This document shows, piece by piece, positions 19,894 to 29,248 of a stretch of 33,193 bases of DNA (positions are counted from its first letter, which is position 1; each line of letters starts with the position of its first letter). The stretch is taken from NCBI GenBank assembly GCA_025999395.1, contig AP024682.1:433487-466679 (forward strand), read 5' to 3'. The notes below the pieces were generated by a model. That model was given only the letters and a program-made list of their open reading frames with translations. It searched no databases and was not told the DNA's origin. The position numbers were made by a program, and so were the translations under genes. The stretch comes from Candidatus Parcubacteria bacterium. GTDB taxonomy: Bacteria > Patescibacteriota > Minisyncoccia > UBA6257 > JAGOQP01.

Positions 19894-20460
19894 TTAACCT
19901 TTCAAAATCAAAGAAATAACTAATAAGCCAAGAAAATTAAGCAAAAGAGAAAGAACGACAAAAAACCCTTTTTTTACCTTAGAAAAACCCATCAACGCCA
20001 AACCAATTTCGTCCGGCAAAGGAGAAGCAATAATTAACGCTCCCGCAAAAAACAAAAACCACTTTAAAAAAGGAGAGCGAAAAATTTCCACCAATCTTTC
20101 TCTTCTTCTTTTGCTAAGTAAATTTAAAATGTCTTCAATTAAAGATTTTTCAAAAAAACGAAGAATCAGTAAGTCTCCTATTAAAGCTCCTAAAGATCCA
20201 AAAAAGGCCACTTCCCAAGGAGAAGAAATCTCGACAAGCTTTAAAATAAAAGCAACAGCCGGAGCAGCGGTAAAAACCGAAACAAAGAAAAGGCCGGCTA
20301 CTATTCCTCCCCAAAAAACCGAATTCCCTAAGAGCTCAAGAAGATAATCTATCACCCCTAAATTAGACAAAAAGATGGTTGCCACAATTGTTAGAGCAAT
20401 AATTGCTAAATCTCTTAAAAGATGAGAAAAATTTCTTGGATTATTTTCTTCTTTAAACAT
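19894..20460 (-). CDS. Hypothetical membrane protein, possibly DedA/VTT-like
   Basis: Five to six hydrophobic segments, LGALIGDLLILRF and SPLPDEIG. Confidence 0.7.
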   Translation of the reverse strand: MFKEENNPRNFSHLLRDLAIIALTIVATIFLSNLGVIDYLLELLGNSVFWGGIVAGLFFVSVFTAAPAVAFILKLVEISSPWEVAFFGSLGALIGDLLILRFFEKSLIEDILNLLSKRRRERLVEIFRSPFLKWFLFFAGALIIASPLPDEIGLALMGFSKVKKGFFVVLSLLLNFLGLLVISLILKG

Positions 20461-20483
20461 ATTTTTAGAAAAACCAAATCAAA

Positions 20484-22163
20484 TTAATCTAAAGTGTTTT
20501 CAGTTATTCTATCGGGAGCCACTCCATAATAGTTTAATAAAAATTCAGTTAATTTTCTAAAAGCGGGAACAACAGTTTGACCGGCCAAGGGCGAGCCAGC
20601 CGGATTAGTTAATCTAATAAGAATTACAAACTTAGGCTGAGAAGCAGGGGCAAAACCTATGTAAGTGTTGATGACCTTGTCAGTGTAGCCGCCCTTCTTA
20701 AAATCAGGAATAAAAGCGGTTCCGGTTTTGCCAGCTACTTTATAATTTTCAAAATGAGCAATTTTATTAACATCAACCGCCGAAACCATCATTTCCGTAA
20801 CTTGTCTTGCAGTTTCTGGTTTAATTACTCTTCTAATTACTTGAGGCTTTTCATCTGCTAAAATAAGTGGTTTCATTAAAACTCCCCCGTTTGCAATCGC
20901 TGAAAAGGCATTAATTAAGGCAATGGGAGTAACCGAAATCCCCTGCCCATAAGAAATAGTAGCAAAATCAACATCTTTTTTACTATTTAGATTTCTGATA
21001 TTTCCACTAATTTCTCCGGGTAGTTGAATTCCTGTTTTTTCTCCAAAGCCAAAGTTTCGCAAGTATTGAGCAAAAATAGAATGGCCCATTATTCTTTCAG
21101 CAAAAACTGAACCAGTGTTTAAAGATTTTTCGATAACATTTGTCATTGTTTGAAGCCCATGAGATTTATTGTCCCAGTTTCTAATAATTCGATCATCCAC
21201 CTTAACATAACCAGCATCGTAATAAGTGGTTTGAGGAGTAATTTTACCACTATCAATTCCAGCCGCCATTGTAATCGGTTTAAAAACTGATCCGGGTTCG
21301 TAAAGAAGCTGAACAGCAGGGTTAATAAAGTTTTCAATTTTATAAGAAGAATAGTTATTGGGATCAAAAGAAGGATAAACCCCCATTGCCAAAATTTTTC
21401 CACTCCAAGGATCTTGAACAATGGCCAAACCTTCATCTGCCTGCCATTCTTTTACTAAAGAAGAAACTATTTTTTCTGCCTCCGCTTGGATAGCATGATC
21501 AATGGTGGTAACAATGCTTTCGCCTTCTTTAATTCCTTCTTTTCCTGATTCGGACTCTTTTGAAAGACCGGAAAGTTTCTTTTCGAATTCTAATTCTAAA
21601 CCGTAACGCCCCTTGACTGTTCCATCTTCAGCCGGCGCTAAAAATCCCAGAAGATGAGCCGCTAAATTCCCGTAAGGGTAAAAACGAAAATTTTGAAAAC
21701 GAATATAAATCCCTTCTAAGTTTAGAGCTCTAATTTGAGATACTTGATAATCGTTGGCTTTTTCTAAAATTAACTCAAAAAGATCATTGGGTTTAGATAA
21801 AATTTTTTCCAAAAATTCCTGATCCTTATTAACGATAGGAGCTAAAATTTTGGCAACATAAGAAGGATCCTTTACTTCTTTTGGAACCGCAAAAATTATT
21901 GGATAATCCTTATTCAAAACAGCTGGGATAAGGTTATTATTTTTATCAGTAAAGTAAATTAACCCTCGCTTAACATAAGAACTTCCCCCATCATCAGCTC
22001 GAACATGAACAAAAGAAGAAAAAAGACTTTCTTTTTTAACTTGGAGGAAAAAGATGTTAGCTAATAAAGAACCGAAAATAAAAACAAAGAAAAGACGAAA
22101 AGACCAAAATTTTACTGAAAACCAAACATCAGAAAAATATTGTCTTTTTGTAAATCTCATCAT
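20484..22163 (-). CDS. ftsI: Class B penicillin-binding protein (FtsI/PBP2 family)
   Basis: N-terminal TM, RG.I..K dimerisation domain, EPGSVFK (SxxK), SLN (SxN), KTGT; dcw cluster position. Confidence 0.92.
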   Translation of the reverse strand: MMRFTKRQYFSDVWFSVKFWSFRLFFVFIFGSLLANIFFLQVKKESLFSSFVHVRADDGGSSYVKRGLIYFTDKNNNLIPAVLNKDYPIIFAVPKEVKDPSYVAKILAPIVNKDQEFLEKILSKPNDLFELILEKANDYQVSQIRALNLEGIYIRFQNFRFYPYGNLAAHLLGFLAPAEDGTVKGRYGLELEFEKKLSGLSKESESGKEGIKEGESIVTTIDHAIQAEAEKIVSSLVKEWQADEGLAIVQDPWSGKILAMGVYPSFDPNNYSSYKIENFINPAVQLLYEPGSVFKPITMAAGIDSGKITPQTTYYDAGYVKVDDRIIRNWDNKSHGLQTMTNVIEKSLNTGSVFAERIMGHSIFAQYLRNFGFGEKTGIQLPGEISGNIRNLNSKKDVDFATISYGQGISVTPIALINAFSAIANGGVLMKPLILADEKPQVIRRVIKPETARQVTEMMVSAVDVNKIAHFENYKVAGKTGTAFIPDFKKGGYTDKVINTYIGFAPASQPKFVILIRLTNPAGSPLAGQTVVPAFRKLTEFLLNYYGVAPDRITENTLD

Positions 22164-22184
22164 CTTAAAAACTCAAAAACTCTT

Positions 22185-22505
22185 TTAATTGCTTCTTAGC
22201 TCAGAAATAAGCTGATGATTTCTTTTAAAATATTGAGGAGATTTGTCTAAAACTAAGCCGCTAGAAGCCAAAATTGATTCTTCATCAAGATTATCTAAAA
22301 TTTGAAAAAGATTATTTTTTAATTCAGCGTTTTTTACCTGATAATCTTCTAATTTCTCTCGGGCTAAAAGAATATCGTGTTTTAAATCAACCGACTTGTT
22401 GTAGACCAAAATCATCCAAGCAGAAACTAAAATAAGTATCAAAACCAAAGTTAAAGCTAAAAAATTAATCTTTAAGTCTCTTCTACTAAATTCAATAACT
22501 GTCAT
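22185..22505 (-). CDS. ftsL: FtsL-like cell division protein
   Basis: Single TM plus coiled coil, located between rsmH and ftsI (largely a positional call). Confidence 0.65.
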   Translation of the reverse strand: MTVIEFSRRDLKINFLALTLVLILILVSAWMILVYNKSVDLKHDILLAREKLEDYQVKNAELKNNLFQILDNLDEESILASSGLVLDKSPQYFKRNHQLISELRSN

Positions 22506-22548
22506 GGTTTTTTAAAAAATTAATTATAAAAGGTAAATAGCTTAATAT

Positions 22549-23493
22549 TTAAATTATTTCTAAAACCCTTAATTTTGCGGATCGACTGCGAGGATTTTGC
22601 TTTCTTTCTAAAAAACCTGGCCGAATTACTTTTTTATTAACCACCAAAGCCTTTTTTTCCTTTTGCCAATAACGAAAGTAATTTTTGACCAATCTATCCT
22701 CCAAAGAATGAAAAGAGATAATGAGACATCGACCTTTACTTTTAATGATTGCCGGAAGCTCCTTTAAAATACTTTCCAAATTCTCCAATTCCCGGTTAAC
22801 ATAAATTCTTAAAGCTTGAAAAATTTTGGTAGCGGGATGAATTTTTCTTTTGAATTTCTCTCTTGCTGGCAAAGAGTGATCAATAATCTCCAGTAACTGA
22901 GCAGTGGTTTCTATTTGTTTCTTTCGGCGATAAAGAACAATGTTTTTAGCGATCGAGCGGGAAAATCTTTCTTGGCCATAGCGATAAAAAATTTCTGCCA
23001 ATTCCCTTTCGCTTAATTGATTTAACACTTCCGCCGCAGTAGCAAGATTTTCTGTGGTACTGTAGCGCATATCCAATTTTTCATCCTTTTGAAAACTAAA
23101 TCCCCTTTTACTTTGCTCCAAGTGAAAAGAAGAAAAACCCAAATCTAAAACTAATCCTTCGGCTTTAGGTAGACGATATTCTTTTAAAATCTGGGGAATT
23201 CGAGCGTAATTTTCTACTACTCCAATTACTCGATTAGAAGAAAGAAGTTCTTTTTTCTCCCTCAGTCGAGATTGAGCGTATTCAAGCAAATTCTTATCCC
23301 AATCAACCATTAAAAGAGTTCCACCGGGGGAAATTTTTTCCAGAATCGCCAAACTGTGTCCTCCTCCATCAGCGGTTCCATCAATCACAAACATTCCGGG
23401 TTTTAAATTTAAATGTGCTATTACTTCTTCTTTCAAAACCGGCAAATGAACAATCCAATCGTTCGCTTTCACCTTTTCTTCTTCTGTTTTCAT
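22549..23493 (-). CDS. rsmH: 16S rRNA (cytosine1402-N4)-methyltransferase
   Basis: HLPVL, DGTADGGGHS, DLGFSS, LDMR, FQALRIYVN, ISFHSLEDR, NPRSRSAKLR. Confidence 0.97.
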   Translation of the reverse strand: MKTEEEKVKANDWIVHLPVLKEEVIAHLNLKPGMFVIDGTADGGGHSLAILEKISPGGTLLMVDWDKNLLEYAQSRLREKKELLSSNRVIGVVENYARIPQILKEYRLPKAEGLVLDLGFSSFHLEQSKRGFSFQKDEKLDMRYSTTENLATAAEVLNQLSERELAEIFYRYGQERFSRSIAKNIVLYRRKKQIETTAQLLEIIDHSLPAREKFKRKIHPATKIFQALRIYVNRELENLESILKELPAIIKSKGRCLIISFHSLEDRLVKNYFRYWQKEKKALVVNKKVIRPGFLERKQNPRSRSAKLRVLEII

Positions 23494-23511
23494 CTTAATT
23501 AAAATTTGACT

Positions 23512-23946
23512 TTAGATCCCCAATCCTTCCAGTTTTTCAGCTATTTCTTCAGAAGCACTTTCAGTTTTTTTCTTGTATTTGGTCCATTCATTCTCATCCC
23601 AAATTTCCAAGCGGTTATAAACACCAATCACAACGATTTTTTTAGAAAGGCCAGCGTAGCGACGCAATGGCTCAGGAATTAAAATTCTTCCCTGATTATC
23701 AAACTCTACTTCGCTTGCCTGAGCTAACATTAAGCGAGCAAAAGCTCGAGAGTCAGATTTCGCCAAAGGCATAGCAATAATTTTCTGAGCTAATTTTTCC
23801 CACTCGTCTTTTGGAAGAACAAACAAACAATGATCCAGCCCCCGAGTAATAATTGCTCCTCCCGAAATTTTTTCTCTAAACTTAGCTGGGATAGCAGCTC
23901 TTCCTTTTTGATCTAAGTTATGAAAGTATTCTCCTAAAAAGGGCAT
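23512..23946 (-). CDS. mraZ: Division/cell wall cluster transcriptional repressor MraZ
   Basis: FLGEY.H.LDQKGR..IPAKFR and DNQGRILIP, the two SpoVT-AbrB repeats. Confidence 0.97.
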   Translation of the reverse strand: MPFLGEYFHNLDQKGRAAIPAKFREKISGGAIITRGLDHCLFVLPKDEWEKLAQKIIAMPLAKSDSRAFARLMLAQASEVEFDNQGRILIPEPLRRYAGLSKKIVVIGVYNRLEIWDENEWTKYKKKTESASEEIAEKLEGLGI

Positions 23947-23967
23947 ATTTTATTTATTTTAGTTAAA

Positions 23968-23994
23968 TCCACACAGTTATCCACAATTCCCCAC
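23968..23994 (-). promoter_or_regulatory. MraZ-box-like direct repeats
   Basis: Minus strand GTGGG-N5-GTGGA-N5-GTGTG at 10-bp period just upstream of mraZ. Confidence 0.65.
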
Positions 23995-24049
23995 TTTATT
24001 TAATTATGTGCCACAAATCAGCACTTCACAAGAGGCCTTCTGTGGATAA
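23977..24049. promoter_or_regulatory. Two perfect DnaA boxes in inverted orientation
   Basis: TTATCCACA at 23977-23985 and TGTGGATAA at 24041-24049. Confidence 0.65.
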
Positions 24050-24151
24050 CTTTTAAAAACAAAAAAAATGACTTAGGAAGTCATCAATAATTTAACAAGA
24101 AAAGTTTTCAGAAAAAATTAAAAAAATCAACAAATTGAAAGCAACTTAGAG

Positions 24152-24225
24152 TGGGCGTTGCTGGATTCGAACCAGCGACCTCATCGATGTGAACGATGCG
24201 CTCTAACCAACTGAGCTAAACGCCC
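24152..24225 (-). tRNA. tRNA-Val(CAC)
   Basis: GGGCGTT/AACGCCC acceptor stem, CATCG-TT-CAC-AT-CGATG anticodon arm, GGTTCGAATCC T-arm. Confidence 0.95.
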
Positions 24226-24252
24226 TTTAAAAATCTTCTCAAAAAAGCATAT

Positions 24253-24287
24253 AAAAAAGAGTGCTATTTTTCAACAGCACTCTTTTT
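24253..24287 (-). terminator. Intrinsic terminator after rplL
   Basis: AAAAAGAGTGCT-N10-AGCACTCTTTTT hairpin with T-tracts on both strands. Confidence 0.7.
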
Positions 24288-24309
24288 ATTTCCGATTATT
24301 TTTTTTATT

Positions 24310-24684
24310 TTACTGTAATTCAACTACGGCTCCCACTTCTTCTAATTTCTTCTTTATCTCCTCTGCTTCCTCTTTCTTTACTCCCTCCTTAATCGGCTTT
24401 GGAGCTCCATCAACCAAATCTTTGGCTTCTTTTAATCCTAAACCAGTAATCTCCTTAACCACTTTGATAACATTAATCTTTTGATCTCCGCCACTCTTCA
24501 AAATTACATTAAAAGAAGTCTTCTCTTCTCCACCGCCAGCTGCTCCACCGCCAGCAGTCGCTGATGCCACCGGCATTGCTGCTGAAACACCAAACTTTTC
24601 TTCTAAAGCCTTTACCAAATCCGCAATTTCAAGAGCGGTCATTTTCTCAATTTGACTAAGAATTTCATTAATTTTTTCGTTCAT
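24310..24684 (-). CDS. rplL: 50S ribosomal protein L7/L12
   Basis: [39 protein letters not shown]. Confidence 0.98.
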   Translation of the reverse strand: MNEKINEILSQIEKMTALEIADLVKALEEKFGVSAAMPVASATAGGGAAGGGEEKTSFNVILKSGGDQKINVIKVVKEITGLGLKEAKDLVDGAPKPIKEGVKKEEAEEIKKKLEEVGAVVELQ

Positions 24685-24740
24685 AGTGATAAATAATTAT
24701 TAATTTTAATTTATAAATTTTCCTCGACTCTAATTAGTTT

Positions 24741-25247
24741 TTAACTTTCTTTTTTACTTTCAAAAACTCTCTTTAAAACAAACGCCAACGATCTTAAAGG
24801 AGCTAAAAACATTGCTGCCAATTGAGCCAAAAGAACTTCTCGTGAAGGCAATTGACCCACCCTTCTAACCTCCTCTTCACTGAAGGCTCGAAAAGAATCA
24901 AGATCAAATCCGGCCAACATTTTAAAATCAGGGATTTCTTTTCCTTTCTCACTAATAAACTTCCAAACTAAACCTGCGGTTTCAAAAATATCTCCTTTTC
25001 CAAAAACAACCGCCACTTGTAAACCGGCTTTTTTAGCGTCCAAAGGAATTTCCTTTTCCTTAAAAACCAGATTCAAAAGTCTCTTTTTTATAACCCTAAA
25101 CACTCCCTGATTAGCTAAATATCTTCTAAATTGCTCAATCAGTTTAGTTGGAGTCTTGGAAAACTCAACTAAAATCAAAGATTTTGATTCACTTAAAATC
25201 TTTTTTCCTTCTTCTACTTCTTTTATTTTTTGTTGTTTGGTTTTCAT
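24741..25247 (-). CDS. rplJ: 50S ribosomal protein L10
   Basis: KTKQQK, RVIKKRLL, LPSREVLLAQL; upstream of rplL. Confidence 0.93.
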   Translation of the reverse strand: MKTKQQKIKEVEEGKKILSESKSLILVEFSKTPTKLIEQFRRYLANQGVFRVIKKRLLNLVFKEKEIPLDAKKAGLQVAVVFGKGDIFETAGLVWKFISEKGKEIPDFKMLAGFDLDSFRAFSEEEVRRVGQLPSREVLLAQLAAMFLAPLRSLAFVLKRVFESKKES

Positions 25248-25271
25248 ATTTTTTAAAGTGTCTTATTTAAC

Positions 25272-25396
25272 AAAAAAGCGGCTCAAAAAAGCCGCCAAGG
25301 ATAAGACTACCCTTTCTTAATCATCCAAATCTTGAAAGAGAAGTTTTATCCTCGGCGAGAATTTTATGTTTTTAAAAACACTCGCTGTCTTCGGAT
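25272..25396 (-). ncRNA. L10 ribosomal protein leader with terminator hairpin
   Basis: Minus strand CCGAAGACAGCGAG...CTCGCCGAGG resembles the L10-leader core, followed by GCGGCT-TTTTTG-AGCCGC-TTTTTT upstream of rplJ. Confidence 0.75.
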
Positions 25397-25436
25397 TTCA
25401 AATTTGTTTAAATTTTCAAAAATCGCTAACCTTCAA

Positions 25437-25465
25437 AAGATAACAAAGAAAAATTTATCTGTCAA
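25437..25465 (-). promoter_or_regulatory. Putative sigma70 promoter of rplJ-rplL
   Basis: Minus strand TTGACA-N17-TATCTT. Confidence 0.5.
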
Positions 25466-25495
25466 CACTTTCTATTACTTGCCTTTTTTCTAATC

Positions 25496-25520
25496 AAAAA
25501 CCGCTCTTTTGGAGCGGTTT
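25496..25520 (-). terminator. Intrinsic terminator after the surface-protein gene
   Basis: AAACCGCTC-N5-GAGCGGTTT with a T-tract on the minus strand. Confidence 0.7.
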
Positions 25521-25539
25521 CTGATTTTATCCTAACGGT

Positions 25540-28500
25540 TTATTTAAGAATCTCGTTGGGAATAACTTCTACCTTTTCTTCTTTTCTTTTCTTCAAGAAA
25601 ACCCACCAAATCAAGAAAAGAACCACCAAAATCAAAATTAAGTCAAAAAGCCAATTTCCTAAAAGACCAGCAAAAGCATCAAACACTGAAGCTGTTAAAG
25701 TCATCTCACTTCCCACTAAAGCATTAAGATAAGCACTCACTGACTGAAATCTCCCTAAGTAATCATTGAAGTTGAAGATAGCAGAAAAGATAAGAGTGTC
25801 TCCTTTTTTGGCTTCTTTTTTCACTAAGCCACGAATACTAATAGCTGACTGATAATTAGCTGATACCGCTCCTAAATTGTAAGAAATTCCGTTAGCATCC
25901 TTGTTAAAGAAAGGATAGTTAGTGGAAATAAACTCTGTCTCGGTTGGAAGAATAATCTTTACAAAAGCATTGGAAATGCTATTTCGACAGCCGTTTCGGT
26001 AAGTAAGAGTATAGGTAAACTCCTTTCCCGCAGAAAGAGTGGGAACATCCAAAGAAGGAACTAAAACCAAACACGATGTTCCTCCTCCCGTAACCGCCAC
26101 TGGTCTTTCGATTACTACTGGAGCCGTTGGAGAGCTAACATTAATCACCGGCACAACATTGCTGCCACCAGTTCTAAAACTTAAAATATTTCCATAAGAA
26201 GTACCGTACTGATTTTGCGCCACTGCTCTAAAGTAGTAAGTAGTATTAGGTGTTAAACCAGTTAAGGCAGCTGAGTAATTTAAGTAAGTGTTACCCGCTC
26301 CTACTGGCTGAATGAATGTTTGCGATCCTAAATTAGTGGTTAACCCATATTCAAACCAAGCAGTGGTTAAACCTCCATTAGGATTAACTTGACCATTAAT
26401 CAAAGCTGAATTTTGATAAACAAGAGAGGCCGGATTAGTAATTACAGATGGAGCTTGCCCCACAAGAGTTCCTCCTCCAGTAGTAGTAAAGCTTAAAATG
26501 TTGCCGTAATTAGTCCCACAATCATTTCTGGCTACCAAGCGAAAATAATAAGTTGTTCCCGAAGCCAAATTATAAACCGAATCAGAAAAGTTCATCGATC
26601 CGCTTCCTACAAAACGAGACCCAGTTGTATAGCTCAAAGAATTAGTATTGATTCCATACTCAAACCAAGCGTAAGTATTTCCCGAAGAAGAAAGCCAACC
26701 GTTTAAAGTAGCTGAATTTTGAGAAATACCGGAAGCGGCATAAGTTTGAACCGAAGGAACATTTCCAAAACAACCACCGCCGCCACCTCCCCCACCAGTA
26801 GTGGTAGTAAAGGAAAGAATGGAGCCATAGGTAGTGCCATTTTGGTTTTGAGCAACAATTCGGAAGTAGTAAGTGGTATTAGGAGAAAGGTTAGAAAGGG
26901 TTTGAGAAACATTTAAGGAAGAGTTGCCAGAGCCAGCAGATTGAGAAGCGGTGGTATTACCTAAGTTAGTAGTGGTGCCATATTCAAACCAGTAAGAAGT
27001 AGCAGTGTTATTAGGATTAACCTGACCATTTAAAGTAGCATAAGTAGAGCCGATGTTGGAGGCGGGATTAGTAATAGCTAAAGGAGCAGAACCGCCACCG
27101 CCTCCTCCACCACCGCTAGTGGTGGTGAAAGAAAGAATGGAGCCTTGAGCAGTGCCGTATTGATTTTGAGCAACTACTCTAAAGTAATAGGTGGTATTGG
27201 GAATTAAGTTAGAAATTGTTTGGGAAACATTTTGAAAATCGCTTCCAGAACCAATGGATTGAGAAGCGGTAGTATTACCCAAAGTAACAGTAGTACCATA
27301 TTCAAACCAGTAAGAAGTAGCGAAACCATTAGGATTAACTTGACCGTTTAAAGTAGCAGAGTTAGATGAAACACCGGTAGCAGGGTTAGTGTTAGCTAAG
27401 GGAGCATTTCCTTGACCACCGCCGTCTCCCCCCATACTCGTAGTAAAGGAAAGAATGGAGCCATAGGTAGTGCCATTTTGATTTTGAGCAACAATTCTGA
27501 AGTAGTAAGTGGTGTTAGGAGAAAGGTTAGAAAGAGTTTGAGAAACATTTAAGGAAGAGTTGCCAGAGCCAGCAGATTGAGAAGCGGTGGTATTACCTAA
27601 GTTAGTAGTAGTGCCATATTCAAACCAGTAAGAAGTAGCAGCGTTATTAGGATTAACCTGACCATTTAAAGTAGCATAAATAGAGCCGATGTTGGAGGCG
27701 GGATTAGTAATAGCTAAAGGAGCAGAACCGCCACCGCCTCCTCCGCCACCGCTAGTGGTGGTAGTAAAGGAAAGAATGGAGCCGTAAGAAATACCGAATT
27801 GATTCTGAGCTGCCAAACGAAAATAATAAGTGGTGTTAGGAGAAAGGTTAGAAAGAGGGAAAGAAACACTAACAAAAGAATTTCCGGATCCAATAGTTTG
27901 AGAAGCGGTGGTATTGCCTAAATTAGTTGTGGTACCGTACTCAAACCAATAAAGAGTATTAGCATTATTTGGATTAACTTGACCATTAAGAGTAGCAAAA
28001 GAAGATCCAACATTAGAAGCGAGATTAGTAATTACCGCCGGAGCTGAACCTTGACCGCCACCTCCCCCACCAGTAGTGGTAGTAAAGGAAAGAATGGAGC
28101 CATAGGTAGTGCCATTTTGGTTTTGAGCAACAATCCTGAAGTAGTAAGTGGTGTTAGGAGAAAGATTAGAAAGAGCTTGAGAAACATTTAAGGAAGAGTT
28201 GCCAGAGCCAGCAGATTGAGAAGCGGTGGTATTACCTAAGTTAGTAGTAGTGCCATATTCAAACCAGTAAGAAGTAGCAGTGTTATTAGGATTAACCTGA
28301 CCATTTAAAGTAGCATAAGTAGAGCCGATGTTGGAGGCGGGATTAGTAATAGCTAAAGGAGCAGAACCGCCACCGCCATTAGTCACATAAACAGTATAAT
28401 TTTTTTGAATTGAGCCACCCGGACCAGTGCAACGAATAGAGAAAGTTGTGGTTCCATCCAAAGGAGCAACGACATCAGAACCAGAAGGAGAACCATTAGT

Positions 28501-29154
28501 TTCAAAGCCAGCACCAGCTAATTTATCGCAGCGATCAGCATTGGTTGAGATCCACTTCATTATGACTGCGGTTCCTCTGGGAACTTGCATTACAAGATTA
28601 CCATCAGGATATTCTGCCCAAAGATTAGCGGTGGGAGGATTGGTGCCGCCGCTACCTTGGCCAACTATCTGGTATAATCCAGTAGCATAATATTCTCTAT
28701 TAGAATATCCCGGCAAAACATCCCCTACCCCACCAAAAGAAGCGCTCATTTGAGAAAGAGAAATCGAATATCCCGGAGCCGCAGAAATAGTTACTGAGCT
28801 TGAAACCTCAGGAGTATTTTGAGCCCAAATAGTTCCTGTAACAGTAATAGTGTTTCCATTCGAAGTTGCTGAAAACCTTGCTTTTGCATCGATAGCAGTA
28901 GTTGAAGAAATGTTATAAAAAGTAAACTTAAAAGCCACTTGATCTCCGGGCTTCATATTGCTTAAACTTGAAACCCAGTTATAGGTTCCAGCGTCTCTAT
29001 GATCTCCCACCAAAAACATTCCGCTAGATGAAAAAGCGGCCTGACCAGTAGCTGTAAGGTTAAAAGACGGATAAACAAAAGAAGCTAACAAAACACCAAC
29101 CAATCCGAAGGTTTTTAATGAATTTTTATTTAAAAGCTTTTGAAAAATTCTCAT
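25540..29154 (-). CDS. Large surface protein with seven Fn3-like repeats, a DUF11-like Ig domain and a C-terminal membrane anchor
   Basis: Signal peptide; seven copies of ATLNGQVNPN..T.YWFEYG...L.PNTTYYFR..AQN..G..YG.ILSF joined by poly-Gly linkers; FTYTLTYRN domain; TM helix followed by KKRK. Confidence 0.88.
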   Translation of the reverse strand: MRIFQKLLNKNSLKTFGLVGVLLASFVYPSFNLTATGQAAFSSSGMFLVGDHRDAGTYNWVSSLSNMKPGDQVAFKFTFYNISSTTAIDAKARFSATSNGNTITVTGTIWAQNTPEVSSSVTISAAPGYSISLSQMSASFGGVGDVLPGYSNREYYATGLYQIVGQGSGGTNPPTANLWAEYPDGNLVMQVPRGTAVIMKWISTNADRCDKLAGAGFETNGSPSGSDVVAPLDGTTTFSIRCTGPGGSIQKNYTVYVTNGGGGSAPLAITNPASNIGSTYATLNGQVNPNNTATSYWFEYGTTTNLGNTTASQSAGSGNSSLNVSQALSNLSPNTTYYFRIVAQNQNGTTYGSILSFTTTTGGGGGGQGSAPAVITNLASNVGSSFATLNGQVNPNNANTLYWFEYGTTTNLGNTTASQTIGSGNSFVSVSFPLSNLSPNTTYYFRLAAQNQFGISYGSILSFTTTTSGGGGGGGGSAPLAITNPASNIGSIYATLNGQVNPNNAATSYWFEYGTTTNLGNTTASQSAGSGNSSLNVSQTLSNLSPNTTYYFRIVAQNQNGTTYGSILSFTTSMGGDGGGQGNAPLANTNPATGVSSNSATLNGQVNPNGFATSYWFEYGTTVTLGNTTASQSIGSGSDFQNVSQTISNLIPNTTYYFRVVAQNQYGTAQGSILSFTTTSGGGGGGGGSAPLAITNPASNIGSTYATLNGQVNPNNTATSYWFEYGTTTNLGNTTASQSAGSGNSSLNVSQTLSNLSPNTTYYFRIVAQNQNGTTYGSILSFTTTTGGGGGGGGCFGNVPSVQTYAASGISQNSATLNGWLSSSGNTYAWFEYGINTNSLSYTTGSRFVGSGSMNFSDSVYNLASGTTYYFRLVARNDCGTNYGNILSFTTTGGGTLVGQAPSVITNPASLVYQNSALINGQVNPNGGLTTAWFEYGLTTNLGSQTFIQPVGAGNTYLNYSAALTGLTPNTTYYFRAVAQNQYGTSYGNILSFRTGGSNVVPVINVSSPTAPVVIERPVAVTGGGTSCLVLVPSLDVPTLSAGKEFTYTLTYRNGCRNSISNAFVKIILPTETEFISTNYPFFNKDANGISYNLGAVSANYQSAISIRGLVKKEAKKGDTLIFSAIFNFNDYLGRFQSVSAYLNALVGSEMTLTASVFDAFAGLLGNWLFDLILILVVLFLIWWVFLKKRKEEKVEVIPNEILK
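26175..28378 (-). repeat. Intragenic tandem Fn3-like repeat array; units 1, 3 and 5 near-identical in DNA
   Basis: Copies at about 28081-28366, 27442-27727 and 26806-27091. Unit 1 differs from each of the other two by about 6-7 nt over about 290 nt (counted by eye). Confidence 0.9.
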
Positions 29155-29183
29155 ATTTTTAAGACCATAATTTTAACTGTGGA

Positions 29184-29211
29184 ATTATATCATAAAATAT
29201 AAAAATGTCAA
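29184..29211 (-). promoter_or_regulatory. Putative sigma70 promoter of the surface-protein gene
   Basis: Minus strand TTGACA-N16-TATAAT with extended -10 (TGnTATAAT). Confidence 0.65.
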
Positions 29212-29248
29212 TATATTGTCAAAAGATAAAAAAATTACTGAAATCAAT

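Noticed and set aside
24259-24282. CIRCE element (GAGTGCT...AGCACTC)
   Set aside because: Arms are in the reverse order to CIRCE, are flanked by A/T tracts and lie right after rplL, so a terminator fits better.
26790-28378. Near-identical repeats as a diversity-generating retroelement TR/VR pair
   Set aside because: Differences are not adenine-specific on either strand, many are synonymous, all copies are in-frame domains of one gene, and no reverse transcriptase is present.
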